Source: Thermoplasmata archaeon
GTDB taxonomy: Archaea; Thermoplasmatota; E2; JACPAO01; JAHFTW01
Length of the DNA stretch: 64,000 nt
Reading direction: 5' to 3'
NCBI GenBank assembly: GCA_034667725.1
Contig: JAXDQS010000001.1
Coordinates: 109,593-173,592, forward strand
Part shown: positions 36,828 through 45,508 of the stretch, piece after piece
Layout: every line of letters starts with the position of its first letter
How positions within the stretch are numbered: position 1 is the stretch's first letter
Made by a program: the position numbers and the translations under genes
Notes under the pieces: generated by a model
What the model saw: the letters and a program-made list of their open reading frames with translations, nothing else
Databases searched by the model: none
Told to the model about the DNA's origin: nothing

Positions 36828-37733
36828 TCAAGCGGAGGCCGGCGCAGCCGCCTTCTGCTTGCGGTTGACGATCCAGGCGAACAGGAACGCCCACGCCACG
36901 AAGAACACCCAGCCCGCCTGGGCGTGGGCCTCCATCAAGGCGTCGACGCCCCAGTGGTAGCCCACCACCATCAGCATCACCAGCCGCAGCAGGTTCGCGA
37001 CGTACACGCCGCCGAGGCCGATCAGCGTGAGGAGCGCCGCGCGAGGGCCGGACGGGCGCTCGACCAGAAGATAGAGGGCCAGCAGGACCGCGAACAGCGC
37101 CATCGCCTGGATGCCGGAGCACGCCGCCCCGACCTCGACCGTGATCGGGCCGGCCGCCGTGGTGTAGCCCAGGATCTGGCCGTCCAGGTGCGGCTGCCAG
37201 CCCAGCACCGTGAGGATGCCCGTCAAGGGCCAGAGCAGGCCGACCTGGAGGAACGCTTCGACCGGGGTGCTGCCGACCGCCGCCTCGAAGCCCGCCTGCA
37301 CCGCGTGGACCGCGAGCGGCGCGCCGAGGACGGCGGCGAGGCTCACGGCCAGCGTGGACACCGTTGCTTCGGGCCGCCCGCGCAACGGCAGGCGGACGCG
37401 CTCTTGGAGGTGCTGCGCGCACGCGGCGAGCACGAGGCCGGTGCCGACCATGGCGGCCTTGGGCAGGTCGAACGCGGTGCGGGCGAGCGCGACGTAGGCG
37501 ATGGGGCCGAGGGCGAGGAGGGCGGCCAGCACCCAGGCGAGCCAGGCCGGCATCGTAGGCAGCCGGGGGACTTGGCGGACGGAGGCGACCAAGGCGGCGC
37601 CGAAGGCGGCCAGGCCGAGGCCGACCAGGAGGTCCTCATGCGGCACGACGCCGAGCAGGATGGCGAGACCCCAGCCCAGCAGGGCGAGGCCGAGGAACCA
37701 GGGGCCGGTGCCGTGGGCGGGAGCGGGGGACAT
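36828..37733 (-). CDS. Archaeosortase / exosortase-family transpeptidase (polytopic membrane protein)
   Basis: About 8 TM helices. Active-site Cys in GAACSGIQAMALF. Conserved Arg in VANLLRLVMLMV (N..R motif). ~300 aa, typical of EpsH/ArtA-family enzymes. Confidence 0.7.
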   Translation of the reverse strand: MSPAPAHGTGPWFLGLALLGWGLAILLGVVPHEDLLVGLGLAAFGAALVASVRQVPRLPTMPAWLAWVLAALLALGPIAYVALARTAFDLPKAAMVGTGLVLAACAQHLQERVRLPLRGRPEATVSTLAVSLAAVLGAPLAVHAVQAGFEAAVGSTPVEAFLQVGLLWPLTGILTVLGWQPHLDGQILGYTTAAGPITVEVGAACSGIQAMALFAVLLALYLLVERPSGPRAALLTLIGLGGVYVANLLRLVMLMVVGYHWGVDALMEAHAQAGWVFFVAWAFLFAWIVNRKQKAAAPASA

Positions 37734-37751
37734 GGGGGGACCTCAGGGGAC

Positions 37752-37782
37752 GGAAGGAAGGGAAGGAAGGAGGGGAAGAGGA
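37752..37782 (-). promoter_or_regulatory. 31-nt polypyrimidine tract (minus strand) between the sorting-signal protein gene and the archaeosortase gene
   Basis: Plus strand is pure purine, GGAAGGAAGGGAAGGAAGGAGGGGAAGAGGA. Lies 19-49 nt upstream of the archaeosortase ATG. Confidence 0.35.
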
Positions 37783-37794
37783 TCGAGGGCGGGC

Positions 37795-38547
37795 CTACTT
37801 GCGCAGGCGGCCGCGGACCATCACGCCCGCGGCACCCAAGGCACCGAGGGCGCCGAGGGCCAGGGCGGGCGCGGACGGGAAGAACGGCACCTGGCCGTCC
37901 GGCGGGGAGCTGTCGTCGCTCCCGCCAGTGGTCGTGCCGGTCGTCGTGCCGGTGTCCGTGTCGGTGTCGTCGTCCTCCTCGCCCTCGTCGCCTGGCGGGG
38001 TGTCGTCGCCACCGTCGTCGACCGGGGGCGTGTCGTCGCCCGTGCACTCGGCGAGCGCGTCGAGGTCGATGCCGATGCCCTCCTCGACCAGCATGGTGAG
38101 GCCGGCGGCGGCCTCGAACTCGCCCATCGCCTCGAGCTGGGCCGCGAGGTCCAGGACGATGGCGGCGGCCAAGGCGGCGGCGACCTCGTCCTGCAGGCTG
38201 GCGGGGATGTTGCCGGCCGCGTCCATGCGGGCCTCGATCTCGGCGTCGACCTCCTCGAAGAAGTCGGCCTCGCCGGCCATGACGGCCTCGAGGTCCACCG
38301 TGTCGACGTCGGCGGCCAAGCCCGCGGTGACGGCGGCGGCGACCTTGGCCTGGAGGTTGGCGTTCAGGTCGGCGCCGACCTGGGCCGCGACGCAGCCGCC
38401 AAGCGAGGCGTCCACCTCGACGTCGGCGGCCGTGTTGGCGGAGGCCGTGAGGCTAGGAAGGGCGGCGGCCGTCCCCGCCAGCACGAGGAGGCTGGCGAGG
38501 GCGGCTAGGCCGAGCAGGCGTTTGCGTCGGGGTCGGGTCGGGAGCAT
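37795..38547 (-). CDS. Secreted acidic protein with a C-terminal sorting signal VPFFPSAP-TM-RGRLRK (putative archaeosortase substrate)
   Basis: Signal peptide MLPTRPRRKRLLGLAALASLLVLAGTAAA. Asp/Glu/Thr-rich linker (DDTPPGDEGEEDDDTDTDTGTTTGTTTGGSDDSSPPDG). Then VPFFPSAPALALGALGALGAAGVMV plus RGRLRK. The upstream part of ORF 37795..40011 is antisense to 38680..39990. Confidence 0.6.
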   Translation of the reverse strand: MLPTRPRRKRLLGLAALASLLVLAGTAAALPSLTASANTAADVEVDASLGGCVAAQVGADLNANLQAKVAAAVTAGLAADVDTVDLEAVMAGEADFFEEVDAEIEARMDAAGNIPASLQDEVAAALAAAIVLDLAAQLEAMGEFEAAAGLTMLVEEGIGIDLDALAECTGDDTPPVDDGGDDTPPGDEGEEDDDTDTDTGTTTGTTTGGSDDSSPPDGQVPFFPSAPALALGALGALGAAGVMVRGRLRK

Positions 38548-38661
38548 TGCGCACCTTGGTGGTTCTGCCTCGTGAAGCCGTCTTAAGCGGAGGCGATAGA
38601 ACGGGAAACGCCAGGGCGCTGACTTGTCCACGTCCGGGGTCCACAACCTATTAGACCGAGA

Positions 38662-38679
38662 ATTTCGGCTCGCCGAAAT
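38662..38679 (+). promoter_or_regulatory. Perfect palindrome ATTTCGGC-TC-GCCGAAAT abutting the GTG start of 38680..39990
   Basis: 8-bp arms with a 2-nt spacer, in the divergent intergenic region. Candidate operator or leader hairpin. Confidence 0.35.
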
Positions 38680-39990
38680 GTGAAGCTGCTGGCGCTCGTG
38701 GCCCTTGCCCTGCTGCCGGCCGTCGCGGCCCAGGCGCCCGGCATTTACAACCCGACCGAGGCGGCGCCCGTCGAGCTCTACTTCCATCTCGACGGCTTCC
38801 AGGAGTTCCCCATCAACACCCAGGCGCCCCCGGACAGCGCCTCCGGCGACATCGGCCCCGGCATCCTGGGCACCAGCTCCTCCTGCCTTCCCGGCACCGG
38901 CGCCACCGGCCAGTCGCTGCACACCATGCGCGGCTTCTCCAGCCCCTCCTACGTCGAGTACGGCTTCATCGAGCAGGGCATGGTCCGCCTGCACCCCGAG
39001 CGCGGCCTGAGCTACGACGTGGACATCGAGGGCTCCCCCGTGCTGCACTGGTTCCTCTCCACCGACCCCGGCCTGGCCCCCGAAGGCGGCGTGGACCCCG
39101 CCACCCTGCCGCTCCTGGTGCCCCAGGCCATCGTCGAGGCGACGTTGCGCACCGGCGGCGGCGCCGGCCCCGAGGACCTCCGCAACGACACCGGCACGCT
39201 GCTGGGGTCGGGCCGCAGCGCGCCCGCCTTCCTTGCCGGCCCCTTGACGCCCCAGGCGAGCCCCGAGGTCGAGTACGCCACCGTCGACGGCCGGCCCGTG
39301 TACCACTTCCAGGTCCCGCTCACCCTGGCGGCCCCCGTCATCCCGGCGGCGGGCGGCTTCACCCTGCGCGTCGACACCCGCATCGACCTGCCCGCGTGCA
39401 GCGACGGCGCCGCCTACCTCGCGCCCTCGTCCATCAAGGCGCACACGAGCCCCGCCCACCGCCCCCGCCTGTCGATGCAGGTCCACGAGGCCGTGCGCAT
39501 CGAGTACCTGCACCCGCAGCGCGTCGGCGACCAGGTGTTCATCCACACCGCCCTCAACTCGCCGTTCGGCAACTACGACGTCAACGAGACCGCCCTCCGC
39601 CTCCGCCTCGACGGCCCCACGCCGGCAACAAGCCTGCGCCCCGGCGACCTGGTGCAGCGCACCCACGAGCACGGCCACCACACCGAGGCCGTCGACCAGC
39701 CCTGGATCTGGGACTACCGCGCCGACCACGCCGAGGGCGCCTACACCATCGTGCTGGAGGCCGCCAACGACCAAGGCAGCGCCACGGCGCGGGCCGTCGG
39801 CCGCATCGAGGTCGGCGACGAGGTCAAGGTCACGGGCTGCGGCTCGCTGGCAGGCCCCGGCGGCTGCGCCGAGGAGACCCAGGACATCTCCGGCAACCCC
39901 GTGGCCGGCGAGGCCGCGTCCGCCTGGCCTGCCGCCGGCCTCGCGCTGGCCATGCTCGGGGCCGCCTCCTGGCGGCGCCGGCGCCGCTGA
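38680..39990 (+). CDS. Secreted protein with a C-terminal TM plus poly-Arg tail (SAWPAAGLALAMLGAASWRRRRR), GTG start
   Basis: Signal peptide (M)KLLALVALALLPAVAAQA. 436 aa. C-terminal hydrophobic helix followed by R5. Confidence 0.55.
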   Translation: MKLLALVALALLPAVAAQAPGIYNPTEAAPVELYFHLDGFQEFPINTQAPPDSASGDIGPGILGTSSSCLPGTGATGQSLHTMRGFSSPSYVEYGFIEQGMVRLHPERGLSYDVDIEGSPVLHWFLSTDPGLAPEGGVDPATLPLLVPQAIVEATLRTGGGAGPEDLRNDTGTLLGSGRSAPAFLAGPLTPQASPEVEYATVDGRPVYHFQVPLTLAAPVIPAAGGFTLRVDTRIDLPACSDGAAYLAPSSIKAHTSPAHRPRLSMQVHEAVRIEYLHPQRVGDQVFIHTALNSPFGNYDVNETALRLRLDGPTPATSLRPGDLVQRTHEHGHHTEAVDQPWIWDYRADHAEGAYTIVLEAANDQGSATARAVGRIEVGDEVKVTGCGSLAGPGGCAEETQDISGNPVAGEAASAWPAAGLALAMLGAASWRRRRR

Positions 39991-40053
39991 AGCTTGCCGC
40001 GGCCGACGCACGCATCAACCCCACGCGCCCAATCCGAGGGTCCGGTGACCTTG

Positions 40054-40221
40054 ATGAGCCAAGAACTCGCGGCCAACGTCCTCACGGTCCAATGCGCGGC
40101 CTGCCGCCAGGCGTTCGCGCTGGACGGCGACGCGGCCGAGATCGTCGCGGCCCGGCTGGCCGCCGGCGGCGCGGTGCGCTGCCTTGGCGACGGCTGCGGC
40201 GGCCTCTGCCTCCAGGCGTGA
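40054..40221 (+). CDS. Small zinc-ribbon protein (55 aa)
   Basis: CAAC ... C..GDGCGGLC four-Cys arrangement. GGTGA 5 nt upstream of the ATG. Confidence 0.4.
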   Translation: MSQELAANVLTVQCAACRQAFALDGDAAEIVAARLAAGGAVRCLGDGCGGLCLQA

Positions 40222-40222
40222 T

Positions 40223-41002
40223 CTAGCCGAAGCGGCCGAGGCTGGCCTGGCCGGCGTGGCGCATCCGCTCCACCTTGGGAAGGATGTCGGCCCAGTCCAG
40301 TTCCTTCCACTCCAGGCCCTGCTCCGCCAGCAGGCCGCGGGCCTTGTCCGCGACCCGGGGCGCGATCAGGATGCCACGGATCGCCGGGCTGGTGCCCCGG
40401 AGCCGCTCGACGTAGCGCCAGAGCTGCTGCGCCTCGGAGACGCCGGCGGTGGTGCGCTTGACCTCGACGACGATGCGGCGGCCGGTGGCGTCGTGGCCGT
40501 CGAGGTCGTGGTAGCCGCGGGCGGTGTTGCGCTCGCGCCGGGCCGGCACGAAGCCCGGCTCGACCAGCTCGGGGCGGGCGAACAGGAGCGCTTGCAGGTC
40601 GTCCTCGGTCCCGACCAAGGCCAGGTCGGCGCCGTCGGCGAGCGGGGCCGCCAGCAGGAGCGTGATGTTGCTGAAGGTCACGTGCACCACTTCCTCCGGC
40701 TTGGTGCGCAAGGCGGTCAGGCGCACTTGGCCGTCGATGAGCCCGACGCTGAAGCTGGCGCCGGGCGGCTGCCAGTTGACCGGCTTGGCGCGGGTGGCCG
40801 TGTGGACGAGGAGGGTGCCGTCCGGCTTGAGCAGGATGAGGCGCTCGCCGCGGTGCAGCGTGCTGGTGGCGCGGCCCTGGTAGGCGACCTCGCAGTCCCC
40901 GATGGCCTGGAGCAGGTGGCCCTGGCGGGAGGCGAGGCCGGCGAGCTCGGCCTGGAGGAACCGCAGGGCAGCCTCAGGGTCCGGGTCGCGCAGCAGCCGC
41001 AC
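40223..41002 (-). CDS. nucS: Endonuclease NucS (EndoMS, mismatch-specific RecB-like nuclease)
   Basis: ~260 aa. C-terminal RecB-like nuclease block GRRIVVEVKRTTAGVSEAQQLWRYVERL. N-terminal DNA-binding domain pattern. Confidence 0.8.
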   Translation of the reverse strand: MRLLRDPDPEAALRFLQAELAGLASRQGHLLQAIGDCEVAYQGRATSTLHRGERLILLKPDGTLLVHTATRAKPVNWQPPGASFSVGLIDGQVRLTALRTKPEEVVHVTFSNITLLLAAPLADGADLALVGTEDDLQALLFARPELVEPGFVPARRERNTARGYHDLDGHDATGRRIVVEVKRTTAGVSEAQQLWRYVERLRGTSPAIRGILIAPRVADKARGLLAEQGLEWKELDWADILPKVERMRHAGQASLGRFG

Positions 41003-41006
41003 CGGT

Positions 41007-41432
41007 TCAGCCCTTGAGCGCGTCCTGGATCTCGCGGCGCATGTCGGTGTCCGAGATGCCGCCGTCGCGCTCGCGCTCCTGCTCGATCTCCGACAACAGG
41101 TCGGCGAACTGGGCGCGGTACTCGGGGTCGTCGCGCACCTCGGTGGCCAGCTTGGTGGGCAGCAGGTGGTCGAAGATGTCGCGGAACGCCGGCCGGGGGT
41201 TCACGGCGTTGAACTGCTTCTGGCGGACGGTGGCGATGACGGCCGCCTCGACGTTCTTGGTGCCGAAGCCGGGGGTCGCGAACGAGCGCACGATGGCGTC
41301 CTCCTCGACGTCGGGGCATTCCGACTTGAGCTGGGCAAAGAGCGCGCGGCTCTGGGCGTCGTTGGCGATGACCTTGCGGCCGGCCGCGAGCTGCTTCTCC
41401 ATGTGCTCGGCCACTGGGATTTCGCGCGCCAT
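41007..41432 (-). CDS. Hypothetical cytoplasmic protein (141 aa)
   Basis: The C-terminal segment of the long ORF 41007..45176 has a plausible Met start and acidic helical composition. No recognised motif. Confidence 0.4.
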   Translation of the reverse strand: MAREIPVAEHMEKQLAAGRKVIANDAQSRALFAQLKSECPDVEEDAIVRSFATPGFGTKNVEAAVIATVRQKQFNAVNPRPAFRDIFDHLLPTKLATEVRDDPEYRAQFADLLSEIEQERERDGGISDTDMRREIQDALKG

Positions 41433-41531
41433 CGGGGCGGCGACCCTGGCGGCCCGGATAAGCCTTGGGCGGACCTGGAAGAAACGGGTCCTTCCGGGAA
41501 CCTTGAAGGGGCCAAGGTGGATGCGCCGCGC

Positions 41532-43277
41532 ATGGGCCTGGGACGGCTGGTCGAGCCCCACCCGTCGTTGCAGGGAGCCGCGGCCCGCCAGGCCCGGATG
41601 GCGGCGGCCCTGTGCGGCGTCCTGCTGCTGCTCTGCCCATTCTGGATCGCGGCCAACGTCGCCTCCGACGGCTGGGGGGCGTTGACGGTCCTTGGCAGCT
41701 CCACCAGCACCCTGCTGATGGTGGGGGCCTACTTCTTGGCCCGGTCGCGCCGGCCGACCCTTGGCGGGCTGCTGCTGTGCGCCATCCTCGTCGCGGTGGT
41801 CTGCTTCCTGCGGGTGGTCGAGCCGGACCCGGACGCCTCGAGCCACAGCTACACCTTCTTCCTGCTCCCCATCCTGATCGCCAGCCTGGTGCTGGGGCCC
41901 TGGCACGCGCTGGGCGTGTTCGCAGCCTCCTACTTTGCCGGCATCGTCGTGGACACCTCGTTCCACCTGCCCCAGGAGTCCCCGAAGGCTGTTCTCCTGT
42001 CGGTGCTGCTCGGCCTGGCCATCACGGGCCTGGCCGTCGTGTTCGCGTTCGTGAACCACGCCGCGCAAGAGGCCCTCCACCAGCGCGACGCCCAGTTGGC
42101 CGCCGCCAACGCCGACCTGGAGCGCCGTGTCCAGGCGCGCACCCGCGAGCTGGAGGCCGCCAAGGAGACCGCCGAGCGCGCCTCCCGCGCCAAGAGCGTG
42201 TTCCTCGCCAGCATGAGCCACGAGATCCGCACGCCGCTGCACGCCATGGTCAACGGCGCCGAGGCGCTGGCGCGCGACGGCAAGGACGCCGACGCCGCCA
42301 CCACCGTGCGCGCCAGCGCCGACGACATCCTCTGGGTCCTGGGCAGCGTGCTCGACTTCGCCGCCCTCGAGGACGGCGAAGTCGCCACCCTGCGCCGCCC
42401 GTTCGAGCCGCGCGCCGTGGTGCGCGACGCCATGGCCGCCGTCGCGCCCGCCGCCGCGGCCAAAGGCCTGCGGCTGGAGGCGGCGTCCGACGCGCTGCCG
42501 GAGCGCGCCGTCGGCGACGGCCTGCGGCTCGGCCAGGTGCTGCGCCACCTGCTGCACAACGCCGTCAAGTTCACGCCCACCGGCTCGGTGCGCATCGAGG
42601 CGGCGGTGCGCGCCGCCGACGACCGGCTGGAGCTGCGCTTCGTCGTCGTGGACACCGGGCCGGGCATCCCGGCCGAGGCCCAGGCCACCCTGTTCACGCC
42701 GTTCACGCAGGCCGAGCAAGGCACGCGGCGGCGCCACGACGGCGCCGGCCTCGGCCTGGCGCTCTGCAAGCGGCTGCTGGAGACCATGGGCGGCGGCATC
42801 CGGGTCGAGAGCACGCCCGGCGCCGGCACCCGCGTCGAGGCGTGGGTGGCCGCCTGGCCGGCGCCGCCCGCCAGCCTCGCGCCCGCCGTCCGGCTGGAGG
42901 GCCTGCGGGTGCTGGTGGTCGAGGACAACCCGACCAACCGCAAGGTGGCCGCCAAGCTGCTGGAGCGGCTCGGCATGGTGGCGGACACCGCCGAGGACGG
43001 CGTCCAAGGGGTCGCCAAGGCGAAGGCGACGCGCTACGACGCCATCCTCATGGACCTGCACATGCCGAACATGGACGGCTTCGAGGCGACCGCCGCGCTG
43101 CGCGGGCTGGGTCCGGACGCGATGCCGCCCATCCTTGCCATGACGGCCGACGTGCTGCCTGAGACGCGGCGGCGCTGCGAGGAGCTGGGGATGCGCGGGT
43201 TCCTGCCCAAGCCGACGCGGCTGGAGGAGCTCCGGGACGGGCTCGCCAAGGCGCTGGCTCAGTCGATGACCACGTAG
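41532..43277 (+). CDS. Hybrid sensor histidine kinase (N-terminal 5-TM sensor, HisKA, HATPase_c, C-terminal receiver)
   Basis: H-box SHEIRTPLHAM. N/G1/G2 boxes (LLHNAVKFT, DTGPGI, GAGLGLALC). REC domain LRVLVVEDNPTNRKV...DAILMDLHMPNMDG...K. Confidence 0.85.
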   Translation: MGLGRLVEPHPSLQGAAARQARMAAALCGVLLLLCPFWIAANVASDGWGALTVLGSSTSTLLMVGAYFLARSRRPTLGGLLLCAILVAVVCFLRVVEPDPDASSHSYTFFLLPILIASLVLGPWHALGVFAASYFAGIVVDTSFHLPQESPKAVLLSVLLGLAITGLAVVFAFVNHAAQEALHQRDAQLAAANADLERRVQARTRELEAAKETAERASRAKSVFLASMSHEIRTPLHAMVNGAEALARDGKDADAATTVRASADDILWVLGSVLDFAALEDGEVATLRRPFEPRAVVRDAMAAVAPAAAAKGLRLEAASDALPERAVGDGLRLGQVLRHLLHNAVKFTPTGSVRIEAAVRAADDRLELRFVVVDTGPGIPAEAQATLFTPFTQAEQGTRRRHDGAGLGLALCKRLLETMGGGIRVESTPGAGTRVEAWVAAWPAPPASLAPAVRLEGLRVLVVEDNPTNRKVAAKLLERLGMVADTAEDGVQGVAKAKATRYDAILMDLHMPNMDGFEATAALRGLGPDAMPPILAMTADVLPETRRRCEELGMRGFLPKPTRLEELRDGLAKALAQSMTT

Positions 43278-45460
43278 CCCCGCTCCTCGCGCGGGAACGT
43301 CACGGCGGACTGCAGCTCCAAGGTGGCAAGGTCGTGCGCGGTGGCGCCGGCCTGGCCAAGGGTGTAAACGCTGACGACGTTTTTCTCGGGGATGCCGAGG
43401 AACCAGCTGCGCTCGATGCTGTTCCAGCCGTTCTCCTGCTCGACGGCGGCCTGGCTCAGCACGCCGCCCGGGTAGAGCGCCATGTGGCCGAGGTCCACGT
43501 CCACCAGGTGCAAGGTGGCGCGGCCGTCGACCTGGACGGGCAGGGCCAGCTTGCCGATGGCCGCCCAGTAGGTGAACGCCTTGTGCTCGTGCGCCGCGGT
43601 CGACCAGGCGTAGCCGCCCTCGGGGGCGATGTCCATCACGTCGGCCCGCTTGGGGTCGGTGGGGTCCGACACGTCGAACAGGCTGACCTGGATGCGGCCC
43701 CAGTCGAGGCCCTCGTCGCCGCGCGGCCCGATGCCCACGGCCAACAGCTTGTCGTCGGCCAGCGGGTGCAGGTAGGTGCTGACGCCGGGGATCTTCAGCT
43801 CGCCCAGCACCGTCGGCACCGTGCCGGACAGGTCGATGACCCAGAGCGGGTCGGTCTGGCGGAAGGTCACGATGTAGGCGCGGGTGTCGGTGAAGCGTGC
43901 GCTCCAGATCTTCTCGCCGGGGGCGAGGCCGCCCACCATGCCGGCAAGCACCAGCTGGCCGCCCACGGCGTCGAACACCGCGAGGTGGCTCATCATCGGC
44001 TCGGGGTCGTCCAGCCAGTTGCGGGCCCACTGCCCGGTGGTGGTGGCCACGCGCAGCCGGCCGTCGTGGACGTCGAGGCTGAACGAGTCCAGCACTTGGC
44101 CAGGGACGCGGCCGGAGGCGAGGTGGCGGACCTCCAGGCCGTCGAGGGTGAACCAGTGCAGGTCGGTGGCCTCCTGCAGCTCGGGCTGGACCCAGTACCA
44201 CCAGGGCTCCTGGGTCGGCGCGGTCAGCACCAAGGCGTCGCCGGAGGCGTAGAGGATGCTGCTGGCGCCGAGCATCTGGACGGCGCGGTCGACCACCTTG
44301 CCGCCTTGGACGTCGAGCGACAGGATGGTGGTGACGCCACGGCCCTTGCCGCCATCGACCTGCAGCAGCGGCTGGCAGCCCTTGTCGATGGTCGGCATCC
44401 CGTCGCGGGTCACCTGGGGGACATGGTCGGCCAAGGTGAGGTTGGCCAGCTGGCGGACGTTGCGCTCGTCGGCCTCGCGGGCCAGCTTGGCAAGCAGGGT
44501 CTTGCGCACGGTCTCGTTGGTGTCCTGGTAGTAGGACTCCCAGTCGAGGCCGAAGCGCTGGAGGGAGGCTTCGTCCATCCCGACGTAGCTTTGGAGGGGC
44601 AGGCCGGCGTCGTTGGCGAGCACCACGACGTGGGCGCGGCCGTCGACCAGGCGGGCGCCGACGGGGTAGCCGTCGACGGCGAGGTCGTGGATGACCTGGG
44701 GCTTGGCGCGGTCGGCGAGCGACAGCACCATGACATGGGTCTGGGCCGACCAGGATTGCGGCGGGTAGTATCCGATGCCGACGCCGCTGGCGACGCGGGC
44801 CTGGTCGGAGGCCGGCATGGGGGCCGACTTCTGGGTGATGAGCACCAGCCGGTCGTCGGCGGGGTTGGCGGGGTCGCGGCGCTCCAGCAGCAGCTCGCCG
44901 CCCCAGCTGCCTTCCAGCTTGACCTCGGCGTAGGCCTCGAGGTCGCCGATGTTGGGGCTCCGGAGGATGCGCAGCACCTGGCCTTGGACGATGTAGGTCC
45001 ACTCGCCGTCGGTCTTGACGATGTCCGCCTCGTCGGCGGCGGCCTCCTGGTTGTTGGTGCCGGTCACCTGCGCCTCGCTGGAGGAGTAGGACTGGGCCCC
45101 GGCGGCCGCGCTGTCCATCGCGGCGGCAGAGGCGGTGGCGGCCATGGTCATGGTGTCGCCGCGGTAGTAGCCCCAACCCCAGCCGTAGCCGCCGTTCTCG
45201 ACGCTCTGCTCCAAGGAGACGCGGGCCTGGTCGAGGGCGCGCTGGTTGAGGACGTCCAGCAAGGCGGCGCAGTCGGTGACGCGCTCAGGGGTGGGGTCGC
45301 CGCGCTCGACGGCCGCGTACTCGAACAGGCGGCCGATAGTGGTCGCGATCGGAAGCTGGCCATCGCCGCCCGGGGTGAGGCAGCCGGCCCAAGGCAGCAG
45401 GAGGAGGGCAAGCAGGATGGCGCAGCGCATAGGACCAGAGAGACGCGGGCCGGGCTTCAT
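43259..45460 (-). CDS. Lipoprotein with a predicted beta-propeller domain (Beta_propel-like)
   Basis: Lipobox LLLPWAGC. ~730 aa. Repeated beta-strand-rich segments. The 3' end overlaps the kinase gene by 19 nt (convergent). Confidence 0.55.
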   Translation of the reverse strand: MKPGPRLSGPMRCAILLALLLLPWAGCLTPGGDGQLPIATTIGRLFEYAAVERGDPTPERVTDCAALLDVLNQRALDQARVSLEQSVENGGYGWGWGYYRGDTMTMAATASAAAMDSAAAGAQSYSSSEAQVTGTNNQEAAADEADIVKTDGEWTYIVQGQVLRILRSPNIGDLEAYAEVKLEGSWGGELLLERRDPANPADDRLVLITQKSAPMPASDQARVASGVGIGYYPPQSWSAQTHVMVLSLADRAKPQVIHDLAVDGYPVGARLVDGRAHVVVLANDAGLPLQSYVGMDEASLQRFGLDWESYYQDTNETVRKTLLAKLAREADERNVRQLANLTLADHVPQVTRDGMPTIDKGCQPLLQVDGGKGRGVTTILSLDVQGGKVVDRAVQMLGASSILYASGDALVLTAPTQEPWWYWVQPELQEATDLHWFTLDGLEVRHLASGRVPGQVLDSFSLDVHDGRLRVATTTGQWARNWLDDPEPMMSHLAVFDAVGGQLVLAGMVGGLAPGEKIWSARFTDTRAYIVTFRQTDPLWVIDLSGTVPTVLGELKIPGVSTYLHPLADDKLLAVGIGPRGDEGLDWGRIQVSLFDVSDPTDPKRADVMDIAPEGGYAWSTAAHEHKAFTYWAAIGKLALPVQVDGRATLHLVDVDLGHMALYPGGVLSQAAVEQENGWNSIERSWFLGIPEKNVVSVYTLGQAGATAHDLATLELQSAVTFPREERGYVVID

Positions 45461-45508
45461 CCTTCGCTGGAGGTTCGGTTCGTCCCCAACGACCGCGCCG
45501 CCGGAACC

